DNA of 64,000 nt from Podospora anserina. Taxonomy: Eukaryota. Under the pieces are notes generated by a model. That model worked only from the letters and a program-made list of their open reading frames with translations. It was not told the DNA's origin and ran no database searches. The stretch is from NCBI GenBank assembly GCA_017654855.1, contig CM030338.1, forward strand, positions 1,240,001-1,304,000. The letters are read 5' to 3'. The position numbers and the translations under genes were made by a program. Below are positions 1 to 11,679 of the stretch, one piece after another; position 1 is the stretch's first letter, and every line of letters begins with the position of its first letter.

Positions 1-2
1 AT

Positions 3-2990
3 TTGCTTTTCCAGCTTATCAAGGATCCTCAGACAAGACCAACTCTTGTCGTTGCCATCTTCGAGCGCACCACGAAGATGTGGCCGACCATGAAGTCACA
101 GGCCAAGTTGTTGACTGCCAACGTCATGCTTGAACTTTCTCAGAGCTCTGGCCAGGATACTGCTGCGGTAGAGGCCGCTGGTTTCTTGAGAAATGTTGAC
201 TTGACCACGGATATTCTCCTGGCCTTTGTTGACTCTCTCCAGTACGAGGACACGAGGATGGCGACCGAGGTTCCCGCCAACAAGCGAAGACGTACCAGCA
301 CAGCAGCCCAGCCTGTGAGCTCCAACACGATCAGCCTAGAGGTTCAGAAGACTGTCAAGAAGATGAACTTTGTGCTTGAACTCGTCCAGGGTTCCAAGCC
401 TGAGAACCACCCTGAGCTGCTCCCCAGTCTGTTCACGACTCTGTCGGACATCCATCATCTTCGCAAGCTGGTGGGCTCCGAGCTTGGATACATGCAAACT
501 CTTGTTCTCAGCAGCATCGGCGCCATGATTCCCGCGTATGACAACAACAAGGACCTAACAATCGATGCTTCTGTTGGCTATGGTGATATCCTGGCTGCCT
601 GCGTGCAAAATTCTTCGAGCGCCCAGGTCACAAACGAGGCTCTCTTGGTTGTCGCCAGCCTGGCCCGCACAGCTCCCGATGTTGTGTTGCAGAGCGTTAT
701 GCCGATCTTCACATTCATGGGTAGCTCGGTGCTCAGACAGGCTGACAACTACTCCCAGTCTGTTGTCAAGAAGACTGTTCAGCAGGTTATTCCTCCGCTG
801 ATTGCCACTTTCCGCAACAAGGGGCGGAACTTGGTTGCCAGCACCAAGGACCTTTTGGCCAGCTTTGTAACGGCCTACGAACATATCCCTCCCACTCGCA
901 AGCGAGAAATTTTCATTTCGCTCGTTGAGAACCTTGGCCCGGATGACTTTTTGTTTGCTGTCCTTGCCATGTTCGTTGACAGGTACGGAGCTACGGATGA
1001 GATGTTCTCCTTCACGTCGTACATTATGAGCTGCTTCTCCGTCGAGATTCAGCTTCACTCTTTGATCAAGTTCTTGGATCTGGTCAGTGACATCTTCAAG
1101 CCCAAGCCCGCGCTCTCCAACAGCCTGATTGGCAACGACTCCGACGCGGACAAGACCGCGTTGAAGCAGCTTACCCTCCTCCCCCACCTTCTTTCCAACA
1201 GCCGCCTCAAGCAGGAAATCACGGCCTTGGCCGAAAGAGACGACATGGAATCCGTCAAGATTCGGGACTCGTATGCCAAACTCCTGGAGGGTATTCTCTC
1301 CATGGCCAGCAATCTCAAGGCCAAGAAGGCCCTCTACAGCCGCTGCGGTGATGCCTTGGCCAAGCTGCTTAGCCTGCTGTCCATTGCCGAGTTCATCAAG
1401 AGCGTGGATTCGTTGTTGGAGAGACCGGATATCGGCCTGCGCCGCAAGGTGTTGCAGGCCCTGGAGCTTCGCGTCGACAAGGAAAGTACGGGCGATCCCA
1501 AGTCCCGCGAGGCCCTGCTGGCTTTCTTGCCCCAGTTGACCGCTGTCATCCGGGAGTCGGACGACATGAACTACAAGCACACTGCTGTGACGTGTGTCGA
1601 CAAAATTTCCGAGAAGTACGGCAAAAAGGACCTGGATGCTGTGGCTGCGGCTGCTCAGACCATAGCAGGGGACCATTGCCTTGGCCAGTCGTCTCAGGCT
1701 CTTCGGCTTATGGCGCTGTTGTGCTTGGCGTCGCTCGTCGATGTTCTTCAAGATGGCATTGTGCCTGTCCTTCCGGTTGCTATTCCCAAGACGCTAGGAT
1801 ACTTGGAGGAGAGCTTGTCGGGTGACAAGCCCAACAATGAGCTGCACAACGCTTCGTATGCCTTCGTGGCTGCGTTGGCTCAGCACATCCCCTACATGAT
1901 CTCGGGTGCTTCCCTGGATAGGCTCCTGGCTTGCTCCAACGCCTCAGCCGTTGCCGATCTTGACGCCGAGTCTGCTCGTAACCGCTCTCACTGCCTGCAG
2001 CTCTTGGCCAAGCTGGTCGACCCCAAGGTCCTCTATACTGCTCTCAACAACAACTGGGCCACCGCCGCCAAGTCTGGTTTCGCCGCCATCACAGAATTCC
2101 TCGACATTCTCGGCCTGGCCCTTGACAAGCATGCTCGCCCGGCCGTGACCAAGAACATCAACATCCTCTCTGAAATCTTTACCAAGACGCTTGATCTCAG
2201 GAGAGTGGTGGCTACCGGCGAGATCAAGACCGAGCTCAGCGTGGAGCAGCTTGGGCAGATCGACAGCCTCATCATCCAGACCGCCCTCAAGATGATCTAC
2301 AAGCTTCACGACGCCGTTTTCCGCCCCGTCTTTAGCAAGCTAGTCGAATGGGGCTGGTCTGGTCTCCCCAAGAGTGATGCCAGCGGTCGGACATTGAGGT
2401 TGGTGAGCTTGTACACCTTCCTCGACGCCTTTTTTGAGGCACTCAAGTCCATCATCACAAACTACGCTTCGTATATCGTCGACAGCGCGAGCAGCATCCT
2501 GTCTGGCACCAACTTTGCCAGGGAGAATGAAAAGCTCCTGTGGCAGCGTGTGGTTCGCACTTTGACAACATGCTTCAAGCACGACCAGGACGGCTTCTGG
2601 CAGGCGCCTTCGCATTACAATGCTGTCGCTCCGGTGTTGGTGGAGCAATTTTTGCATGCCGCCAACTTTGATGCTATGGAAGAGTTGATCCCTGCGGTGG
2701 TGGAGCTGGCTGCTGCGGTGGACTCGCAGGAGCATAGGAAGGAGTTGAATACGAGCTTGCTGAAGCACCTCGAGTCGCCGGTGGTGGCGGTGAGGTTGGC
2801 GGTGATTAGGTGCCAGCAGGGCTTGACGGAGAGGTTGGAGGAGGAGTGGTTGAGGGGGTTGGCGGAGATGCTGCCAAGGATTAGCGAGCTGCAGGATGAT
2901 GAGGATGAGGGGGTTGAGAGGGAGAATGCGAGGTGGATTGTGGGGATTGAGGAGAAGCTGGGGGAGAGTTTGGATTCGATGTTGCAGTAG
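3..2990 (+). CDS. UTP10: U3 snoRNP/t-UTP subunit Utp10 (HEATR1/BAP28), 5'-partial
   Basis: ~995-aa HEAT-like ORF with VMPIFTFMG, FVTAYEHIP, KLHDAVFRPVF (BP28CT region) and C-terminal LPRISELQDDEDEGVE. The window probably opens inside an intron (ttttccag at 7-14). Confidence 0.95.
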   Translation: MLFQLIKDPQTRPTLVVAIFERTTKMWPTMKSQAKLLTANVMLELSQSSGQDTAAVEAAGFLRNVDLTTDILLAFVDSLQYEDTRMATEVPANKRRRTSTAAQPVSSNTISLEVQKTVKKMNFVLELVQGSKPENHPELLPSLFTTLSDIHHLRKLVGSELGYMQTLVLSSIGAMIPAYDNNKDLTIDASVGYGDILAACVQNSSSAQVTNEALLVVASLARTAPDVVLQSVMPIFTFMGSSVLRQADNYSQSVVKKTVQQVIPPLIATFRNKGRNLVASTKDLLASFVTAYEHIPPTRKREIFISLVENLGPDDFLFAVLAMFVDRYGATDEMFSFTSYIMSCFSVEIQLHSLIKFLDLVSDIFKPKPALSNSLIGNDSDADKTALKQLTLLPHLLSNSRLKQEITALAERDDMESVKIRDSYAKLLEGILSMASNLKAKKALYSRCGDALAKLLSLLSIAEFIKSVDSLLERPDIGLRRKVLQALELRVDKESTGDPKSREALLAFLPQLTAVIRESDDMNYKHTAVTCVDKISEKYGKKDLDAVAAAAQTIAGDHCLGQSSQALRLMALLCLASLVDVLQDGIVPVLPVAIPKTLGYLEESLSGDKPNNELHNASYAFVAALAQHIPYMISGASLDRLLACSNASAVADLDAESARNRSHCLQLLAKLVDPKVLYTALNNNWATAAKSGFAAITEFLDILGLALDKHARPAVTKNINILSEIFTKTLDLRRVVATGEIKTELSVEQLGQIDSLIIQTALKMIYKLHDAVFRPVFSKLVEWGWSGLPKSDASGRTLRLVSLYTFLDAFFEALKSIITNYASYIVDSASSILSGTNFARENEKLLWQRVVRTLTTCFKHDQDGFWQAPSHYNAVAPVLVEQFLHAANFDAMEELIPAVVELAAAVDSQEHRKELNTSLLKHLESPVVAVRLAVIRCQQGLTERLEEEWLRGLAEMLPRISELQDDEDEGVERENARWIVGIEEKLGESLDSMLQ

Positions 2991-3312
2991 GGGGGTGAAA
3001 TGGGGGTTGAGAGTGTGGAGTGTTTTGTGAATAGATGGAAAGCGCCGCTGGGTGTTGGTAATAGATTTTTTGAGTGTTGTATCTTTGGTTAAATGTGTTG
3101 TGACTGTTTATATAGAAGTTTCATCATCAAATATGTACCCGTGCCACCCCTGCACTATTTGCTACCCCTGAAATTCACTCACCCAACCCAGCTTGTGCAT
3201 CAGGGTCCACCACACCTCCCACATCCGCATCAATGTAAACAAAGAGATTCCATCTCTTATTTCGCCTTCCTTTTTATTCTGACCTAGAGTTGATGGGCGA
3301 GATGCAACCAAA

Positions 3313-4147
3313 ATGAGCAGCACACCCTACTCCCCCCTCGACGGGATCAGCCATCCTTACTACCCCCCCGACGCCACCGTCCCCTTTTACACAGCCAACA
3401 CAACCCCCTTGCTCACAATCCTCCTCTCCTTCGCGGGTCTCATATCCCTCTTCGTTTTGATATGTCTCACCTTCTCAAGATATGCCAACCCCAAGCTTCA
3501 GCAGTCCGATCTAGCCGTGATAGCCTGGTTCGCAGTTTGTATGTACCACCACCACCCCCCCCCCCCCGCCTTCCCCCGCCCAACCCAGCTAACCTCAACC
3601 CAGGCGGCTTCCTCCACCTCTTTTTTGAAGGTTACTTCGTCCTCAACCACAAAACCATACCCAGCTCCCAGTACCTCTTCGCGCAGCTCTGGAAAGAATA
3701 CGGCCTGAGCGACTCCCGGTATCTAACCGCTGATCCATTCATGGTTTGGATCGAGACCCTCACCGTCGTACGTTGCCACCCCCCACCTCTTCCCCCTCCC
3801 ATCATCCTCAACTGATAGTGAAATAGTTAATCTGGGGCCCCCTATCCCTCCTCACAATCTACCTCATCACCACAAACCAACACGCCCTCCGCCACATCAC
3901 CCAGGTGGTGGTCTGCATAGGCCATTTGTACGGCGTTGCCCTCTACTATGGGACGTGTCACTACATCGAAAAGTACCGAGGCCTGCAGTACAGCAGGCCG
4001 GAGTGGGTTTACTACTGGGGGTACTATGCCGGCATGAACGCGCCTTGGGCGGTCGTGCCTGTTTTGTTGCTGTGGGGGAGCGTAAAGGAGATCAAGCGGG
4101 CTTTCAGAGCTGTTCAGGAAGAAGATATTGCCAAGAAGGGCCTGTAA
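3313..4147 (+). CDS. EBP: Emopamil-binding protein family sterol delta8-delta7 isomerase (3 exons)
   Basis: Introns 3539-3603 and 3768-3826 join WFAVC-GFLHLFFEGYF, QLWKEYGLSDSRY, IETLTV-LIWGP and HLYGVALYY. C-terminal KKGL fits a KKxx ER-retrieval signal. Confidence 0.9.
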
Positions 4148-4325
4148 AACGTATGGGAGCCAATCGTGATATCTATTTAATCCATCGCCTGGGCCAAAAC
4201 TTGCAAAATCAAACCCCAACAACAGTCCCGTCTAATCAATTGCGCTTGCCAACCTGACCAATCATCCTCTACCTCTTAACCACCGTGCTGTATGACCCGG
4301 GTATATCTCTTTTTCCTCTCCCCCC

Positions 4326-5130
4326 CTAACGAACATACTTACTCATAAACCTCTTATGAAAATCCGACCTCAACAAATCATTAATAAACTCCTTCTTCTT
4401 CCCCTTCTCCTCCGTGCCCCTCGCCTGGTTCTTGAACACCACATCGTCATCCCACCGCCTCTTGATATTGAAATCCGTCCTCCCGCTGTTGTTGTTATTG
4501 AGAAGCGGGTTCCCCAGCGCAATATCCTTCTCCCTCTCCGCCTCCTCCGCAGCCAACCTCTCCTTCTCTTCCCGTTCCCGTTTCTCGGCCCTCTCCCTCC
4601 TCACTCTCTCTAATTCCCTCTGCAACTCGGCTTCCTCATCATCAGAATCAGAGTCTGAATCACTGTCGTCGTCGTCATCTTCCTCGTCGTCTTCTTCGCT
4701 TGATGCGTCGCTGTCGTCGGCGTCTATGGCGCGGGTTTCTTCTAGTATGCGGCGGCGTTTGGATTCGGGGTCTTCTTGTTCTATCGATAGTGGTCGCTTG
4801 GATGAGGAGGAATTGCTGGGGAGGGCTTGTTGTTCTGACTGACTGCCAGTCGACTGGCCGGGGATGGGAGCGCCCTTGAGCTTGGCGTAGTGAGCCGCCT
4901 CTGCGGCTTCGAGTTCGGCGCGGAGGTCGCGGGACTGGTGATCGGCGTCGCCTCCTTGGCCGGGTTGGCGGAATTTGAGCTGGGTGTAGGCTGGAAGGAG
5001 GCGTTGGTGGTAGGCGGGGCCGCGGAGGGCTTCTTTACCGCGGGCCTTGGAAAAATAGTTAGCAGGGTGCTTGGTGAGGGTGACTGAGAAAATGTACCGG
5101 GTCAAAGGTAGGGCGATGGGCTGTTGTCAT
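4326..5130 (-). CDS. CWC15: Pre-mRNA splicing factor Cwc15
   Basis: MTTAHRPTFDP | intron 5046-5097 | ARGKEALRGP; KRRWDDDVVFKNQA and FINDLLRSDFHKRFMSKY signature. Confidence 0.96.
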
Positions 5131-5439
5131 TTTGGCGACTGGTTGGAGAATGTGATGGGGGTGATGCGACAACTGATGGACGAGTAATGGGGAGAGCTGG
5201 AGGATTGATTGATCGAAGATGGAGAGCCGTGAAAGCTGATGATGATGACGGGCAGGCAAGTTGCACCCCAGGAACGCGCCTTGACCGCCCGGCTTGGCAC
5301 TGCCTGGCAGAATCCACCAAAAATTGGCGGAGATGGCTGGCAGAAAGCTGCCCCTCGACTTGCGACACAACATCCCCAATTCACAACCTTGATGACCTCG
5401 AATTAATTTCTGAAATACACATTTCCATAAAAGGCCAAA

Positions 5440-6392
5440 ATGCCCAGAGAAGCAGAACCATCCCTCAACGAGAAGCAGTTCGTCCTGCAAGCCCTCCACG
5501 ACAGCGTCCGCCTCGACGGCCGAGAGCTCGAACAATACCGACCCTTGGAGCTCACCTTTGGCGACCAATATGGCGTCGCAGACGTCACACTAGGCAAGAC
5601 GAGGTATTCCCCCTCCCTACCTAACACAAGCACCACTCCCCCTATGCTAACCCCTGTGCCAGAGTCCTCGCCAAAGCCTCAGCCGAACTAACAGTCCCCT
5701 ACGCCGACCGCCCCCTCGACGGCATCTTCAACATCGCAACCGAGCTCTCCCCCATGACCTCCCCCGCCTTCGAAGTCAACCGCCCGACCGAGACAGAAGT
5801 CCTCATCTCCCGCCTCCTCGAAAAGACGGTCCGCCGCTCCGGCGCCCTCGACACCGAGTCCCTCTGCCTCGTCGCCGGCCAAAAGTGCTGGTCCATCCGC
5901 GTCGACGTCCACGTCCTCTCCCACGACGGCAACCTCATCGACGCCGCCTGCTTCGCCGTCGTCGCCGCCCTCCGCCACTTCCGCAAGCCGGACACCAGCA
6001 TGGAGGGCGGCGTCTTGACCGTCTACACCCCCGCCGAGAGGGAGCCGGTGCCCCTCAGCTGGCTGCACTCGCCGTTTTGCGTCACGTGGAGCTTCTTTGG
6101 GGAGGAGGGGGATGTCGCCGTTTTGGATGCGACGTGGATGGAGGAGCAGGTCAGGTCGGGGAGCTGCACCATCAGTCTGAACAAGCATGGCGAGATTTGC
6201 CAGATTGCAAAGCTGGGAGGGGTGCCGGTTGAGGCGGTCAGTTTGCTGCAATGCACAAACGTTGCGTTGGTAAAGGCAAAGGACATGTCGTCAAAACTGG
6301 ACAGGTGGTTGGCCGAGGATGCGAGGAGGAGGGATAAGGGTGGGTTATTGGCCGAGTTATCGGCCGAGAATGATAGAGTACCGGATATGTGA
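5440..6392 (+). CDS. RRP45: Exosome core subunit Rrp45 (RNase PH fold)
   Basis: RLDGR, LGKTR|VLAK across intron 5604-5662, ALDTESLCLVAGQKCWSIRVDVH, DGNLIDA, LRHFRKPD. Confidence 0.95.
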
Positions 6393-6978
6393 GTGGGAGA
6401 GGGAAAAAGGGAAAATGGATAGATGTGTTAGATACCTTGTGAAATCAGAGATACCCACGGTCTTGCAGCCGATCATGATCACACAGATGCCGAGGCTGGG
6501 CTTAGCCAGGAAGAGAGTTTCGAGCAACACGCTCTGATATGATGTTCTTGATTGGCTTCTGCTGAGCCTTTGCTCCATTAATCATTAAGAAGGTTGTTGC
6601 TTTCGGCTTCTGTGGTTATCCAGAACCACGACCAAATCCCATGGCCTTTGGCCGAGAGCCCCATGTTTGCTTGCGAACATGGGAATCTTTCTGACCACTG
6701 CGCCATCGTGACCTTCATGTGTGACCTTGTCTGCCCCAGCGGTCATCTCCTTCAAACACAAGGCTAGCTGACATCCAATGCGAAATTCGCGCTCCCCCTT
6801 GTGACGTGGGAGGTATCGTTGCCGAGCTTTGGCTCCCCCAGTAGTCATCATCGCGGCGGGTGTTGACCGGGCTCGGTTTGTTCCCGTCCAGCTCTTGACC
6901 GGGACTCCCATCTGCCGTTCCAGTTGTTCTTATCTTTCCTCATCATTCCATCCCCTCCATCCCTACCCCCCTCCTTCC

Positions 6979-7687
6979 TCACCTCATAACAGGCGGCCTC
7001 CCCTCCCTATTCCACCTAACCCTACTCCTAACCCAATCCACCGCCTCCTTCACCCCAGTCCCCGTCAGCGCGCTCACCGGCAAAACCCTACTATCCCTGA
7101 TACTCCCGCTCTTCTCCCCCTCAAAAACCTTCTTGACCAACCCCTCCTTAATCCTCACCACCTCGACACAGTCCTCCCGATCTTGCTTATTCGCCAACAC
7201 CAGCAACGGCACCCCCTCCGTCTCGCTGTGATTCAGGACATCCTCCAGCACAAGCCTGCACTCTTCTAATCTGCCGGTAGAGTCATGCTCCAGATTCCCA
7301 TCCCCGATATCAGTCGAATCGATGATAAAAATAATCGCGTGGCAGGAGGCGTAGTAGGACTGCCAGAGCTTGCGCAAAGAGTGCTGGCCGCCGACGTCCC
7401 AGATCTTGAGGTACATGTCTGGGAGAATAATGGTGGAGACGTTTTGGCCGACGGTGGGGACGGTTTTGAGGTTGGGGGCCGGGGCGGAGGCGGCGCCGTC
7501 GGGGTGGAAGATGGATTTTACTTGCTCGTGAAAGGTGGTCTTGCCTGCGTTGTCGAGGCCGAGGAGGAGGAGGGAGTATTCTTTGGGTAAGGGTTAGCTA
7601 ACAAGGTGATGCGAGGTGGGAATCTGGAGTGGACGAACCCTCCTTTGAGGTTGCGAGGCGGTAGAGGCCTTTAGCTAGGTGGTACAT
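6979..7687 (-). CDS. ARL3: Arf-like GTPase Arl3/ARFRP1
   Basis: MYHLAKGLY..SKE|EYS across intron 7581-7638; GLDNAGKTT, WDVGGQ, LANKQD and VSALTG motifs. Confidence 0.94.
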
Positions 7688-8079
7688 TTTGCCTCTTTCG
7701 TTTCCTGTGTTTTTGACGTCGACTCTTGTTTTACTTTTGTCAGTTATGTCGTGTCGCGTATGCTGCACGCAAGGGTCTGGGGTTCGTGGCTGTCAACAGT
7801 TCATGTGGAGGGGTTGACACAAGTCTGGGGAAAAGTTGGAGAACGCCCCCAAGGGTCAGGGTTGTACGGGAAAGCATCTCTTAGCGTTTCCCTTCAACGG
7901 TCTTGGCATTAGATCCTCCTTACCTAACCCTTACCTAACCCTTAATATCGCTTCCCCAACCCCACTTTTCCCCGTCCCAATCGATATCACTTACATCACC
8001 ACACACTCCTCCCCCAAATCTCACCCTCACCTTCACTTTCGTCAACCTAACTATCCCTCCAAACCCCCCAAACTAGAAA

Positions 8080-8567
8080 ATGAACCACCGCATCACCACA
8101 ACAGCCCTCCGACTGAGACCATCCCCATTCTTCCTGACAAGACCTAGACTCCTCGGCACAACAACCCCCAAAATGTCCAACAACCTCCCCACCCCCTCCT
8201 CCTGCTACGCAGACTTCTGCCTCATCCCCATCGGCACCCCCACGCCCTCGGTCGCAAAAGAAGTCGCCTCGGTCCAGTCCCTGATCAGGGACTCGGGCAT
8301 AAAACACACAATGCACTCCGCCGGCACCACCCTCGAGGGCTCCTGGGACGACGTCTTTAGAGTCATCGGCCAGGCCCACTCCCTTGTCCACCAGAGCGGC
8401 ATCGTGCGCGTCCAGACTAGTTTGAGGGTTGGGACGAGGTACGTCTGATTACTCACAGTTCACAAAAGTGAAGGTGGTGCTAATGCGAGAATAGAACGGA
8501 TAAGAAGCAGACTGCAGAGGAAAAGGTCAAACGAGTGGAGGATATTCTCGCTGCTGGGAAGGAGTAA
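8080..8567 (+). CDS. ECM15: Thiamine-binding/UPF0045 (Ecm15-like) protein; alternative start at 8173
   Basis: ADFCLIPIGT, MHSAGTTLEGSWDDV, RVGTR|TDKKQTAEEKV across intron 8439-8494; stop TAA 8565-8567. Confidence 0.9.
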
Positions 8568-8851
8568 CGGACCACAAGTGTGGGATGTGATGGTGAAGAG
8601 AATTGTATTGTTGTTGTAATGAAGAAACGACCTCAAACACTAGCAAGCCAACGATTATGGAGTAAAGTGGCTCTCTTGTATGCATTAAATGTCGACCATC
8701 ATGATAAACCTCCTCTAATCTTCCCAAACAACAAAAAGGGGTTATGTGTCTCTAAGCCATGCATGCTAATGATCTGTATGATAATCTAAAGAATAACAGC
8801 AGTAAATCCCAACCCAAACGCCATCATCCATCATCCTCCCCAAATGCCCCC

Positions 8852-10317
8852 CTAAACCCCCGCAGCAGTAAAACTCAACAAACTCCCCACCGTCAACCCA
8901 GCAACCAAACACATGCCCATAAACCCCCCCGCCGCCTCCCTCTCCCACTCACCCACCCACTCCCCCGCCGCCATCATCGCACTACTCCCCAACCACCCAC
9001 TCGTCAACCCAAAAGGAAACTGCACCGCCACCAAATAAAACAAATCACTCTTCACCACTGCTCCCCGTCCCCCAATATTACATAAGAAATACAGCGGCAA
9101 AAACAGCCACCTCCCCATCGCAATCGCAAACAGTGCCTTTGGCCTGTGACGGAGCGAAAAGGGAAACATGGTCGCCACCCTCCCCGTCAAATCACCCAAG
9201 TTCCAGAAAAAAAACCCCAGGGGGATAAACGCCCCGGGAGCGTAGAGCTTCCCGTCCGAATCAGCGTTGTGGACAGACAGGATCTTTGCCGTAAACACGG
9301 GGAAAAACATGGCCACGGCAAAACACATAGACACGCTGACAGACACCCAGCGCAGTTTCCTAAACAGCGTTGACATGCTGACGTAGCGTCTGTTTGCCCT
9401 TTCGGCTTCCTCGATGGAAGTGACAGACTGGGAGAGGTCCTGCTGTTCTGCCAGCCGGCGCTCAACAATGCGGTTGTGTCTGTTTACCAGAGGCAGGAAC
9501 GCCAAGAGGGTGATGCCAGAGATGATCACCGCGGTGAGGAAGTAGATGAACGCCGCGGTGCTGCTTTCTTGGGGGCCGTCGTCCTCGGCTGTTCTCCTTG
9601 CTGGGTCGAGAGCGGGCTCGGCAGGGGAGAAGGCCAGGTAGGATAGCATCTGGGTCAATGGGGGCAGGATACCAGCTACACCCTGCCCAGCCATGATTGC
9701 CTGTGTGTACTCTGTCCTGCCGAAACTAGCGGCAAAGGCAAAGGCGCCGTTCTGCATGAGCCCGGACGCCAAGGCGGTAATGCCTACCATCATGAGGAGA
9801 AAAGCAAAGTATGCGCCGGTCGAGGCATCGAGGAAGTGGCTTGTCGAGATGGTGAGGAGAGTAAAGACTGCCACGTTGAGGAACAAGGCTGTGTTGATTC
9901 GAAATGGATAGCTCGCCGACGACTGCATGTTGGTCAAGACCAACATGGTGACCAGATTCGTAGTCGTTGAAACGGCAAGGATGGCCGACTGGGAGGTATC
10001 CTGAATCCATGGGTCGGATACGAATCGGCTTTGAAAGTACGGCGCCGCAGCAAGAAACATGTTCCTGCATCGCACAGCATCAGATCACGAACGTCATTGT
10101 CTCAACGGTCAACAGGGGAAGCATACCACGCCCACAGCATCGCCACGCCAATAAAGGCAAATATGGAGTACTCGATCCACGAAAACGGCGACTGCTCCTC
10201 ATACACCTCCCCCTCCAGCGTTCCCGAGCGGGAGTCATCATCGTCGGAATCCGTCAACGGCGAGTACTCGTCTGGGTCGGCCTTTACAGGCGCAAACACA
10301 TTCTTGAGGCGATCCAT
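8852..10317 (-). CDS. FUN26: Equilibrative nucleoside transporter (Fun26-like)
   Basis: GVAMLWAW|NMFL across intron 10065-10125; QAIMAGQGVAG, WNLGDLTGR, GLTVGSLLSF; about 11 hydrophobic segments. Confidence 0.92.
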
Positions 10318-11083
10318 GTTCCGTGTGTGTCTTGGGTTCTGTCGTCGTACCGTACCACTTCCGACTGAATCGCCGAGTCTCAGACACCTTCAAGTCAAGG
10401 AGGGTTAATAGGAAAATAAGTCGTCCTCTCGGGGAGTTTTATCGCAAATCGCCCTGGTGGTTCTGCCCTGCCTTGACCCCTCTGTGAACCCCCCCCCCAC
10501 AGATACCAAGTTCCCGGAAACAAGTTGCGACTGGGCTGAAAAGGTCACCCCACTGTCGTACTGCCCGACGAGGTTGGTTTAGTCCAGAATAGGGAGGTTG
10601 ATGGAAGTCTTCTCTCGCAGGGTTGGGGGTTGGCGCGCGCGCGCGCAACAAAGGCCGTTGAGTGTTCAACGGTAGATACAACCCTTAGTGTCTGCTCGTC
10701 ATGGCTTTACCTAACTCTTTCCCCGCACACGAAAACAAAAAAAATCAAGAAAACAATAGGAACTAGATGTAGATCGTCATGCGCGCGCGACACAGAACGA
10801 AGGGCGTGGGCAGGCAGAATGGTAGAATGGTGGGATGAATGTCGGAGGGTGATGATGACGGTGAGTGGTCAGGGTCACACGTCAGATGCGCAGGTGTCGT
10901 CGATACACCCACAAGATAAGGCTAATGGCGCAAGGGTCGTCTTGGCGTGGAGAGCCAGCTGCCGATAAGATATGAAACCGAACCGTTGGCCAATCACCGA
11001 CCGCCGTAGAACATGCCAAGACTCTCCCCCAGATGTTGGAAGCACACGCCAGTGGAGGTTCGAAATGTGGGAGGTGGGAATCG

Positions 11084-11679
11084 CGGAATCTCTATATTTA
11101 CTGTGTAATGATTATATTTCTACCGTATAACATCTAGCTAGCTAGATAGAGCAGTAATAAGCATATCTTACCACAATACTAGCTACAAGTAATTTTTATA
11201 GTAAATTGCATTATAAAAAAATACTTAAAATAAAAAATTCATTTTTTTAAAAAGCACAAAGTACACTAATAAAGATATTTCAAGATTAATCGATAGTTTT
11301 TTAAGTAATAAAATAATAATTTTAAGAATTAATTTTAACTACTTGTTACGGCGATAACTCTAAACTTAGTAATAGTTACTATATATAATATTTACTACGC
11401 ATAATAACTACTACGCGCAATACTTACTATATAACTTATATTCTAAGTCTTAAATTTTAATTATTGGAAACGATAGCCCTTAAAAATATAGCTCCATTAC
11501 CTTCGCTGCATTATATATATATATATATATATATTAATAGATGTAAGTTCTAGCCAATTTTGGTATAACTGATATAGAAGTGCACTACTTTATTATGTTA
11601 GATATATACTCCACACGGTAAATTTATAATTATTACACGGTAAATATATAATTATTACACGGTAAATATAGAGGTCCCA
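11084..11679. mobile_element. Non-autonomous DNA transposon (MITE-like), AT-rich, RIP-degraded
   Basis: 47-bp imperfect TIRs 11084-11130 and 11633-11679 (39/47 identical, 7 of 8 differences are transitions); perfect flanking direct repeat GGGAATCG at 11076-11083 and 11680-11687; abrupt AT/TpA-rich interior with no ORF. Confidence 0.85.
11613..11672. repeat. 22-bp tandem subterminal repeat (ACACGGTAAATWTATAATTATT), 3 copies
   Basis: Copies start at 11613, 11635 and 11657 (last partial); two inverted copies lie in the left TIR. Confidence 0.9.

Noticed and set aside
555-1751. 398-aa antisense ORF inside UTP10 (similarly 14561-15199, 21526-22482, 53413-54132)
   Set aside because: Codon-aligned shadows of genes with strong C/G-ending codon bias; no recognisable motifs.
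11104-11659. Solo LTR reading of the AT-rich island (TGTAAT...ATTACA)
   Set aside because: These motifs are internal to longer TIRs, and the duplication is 8 bp rather than the 4-6 bp typical of LTR elements.
11613-11672. CRISPR-like array
   Set aside because: Contiguous tandem units without unique spacers, eukaryotic context, no cas genes.
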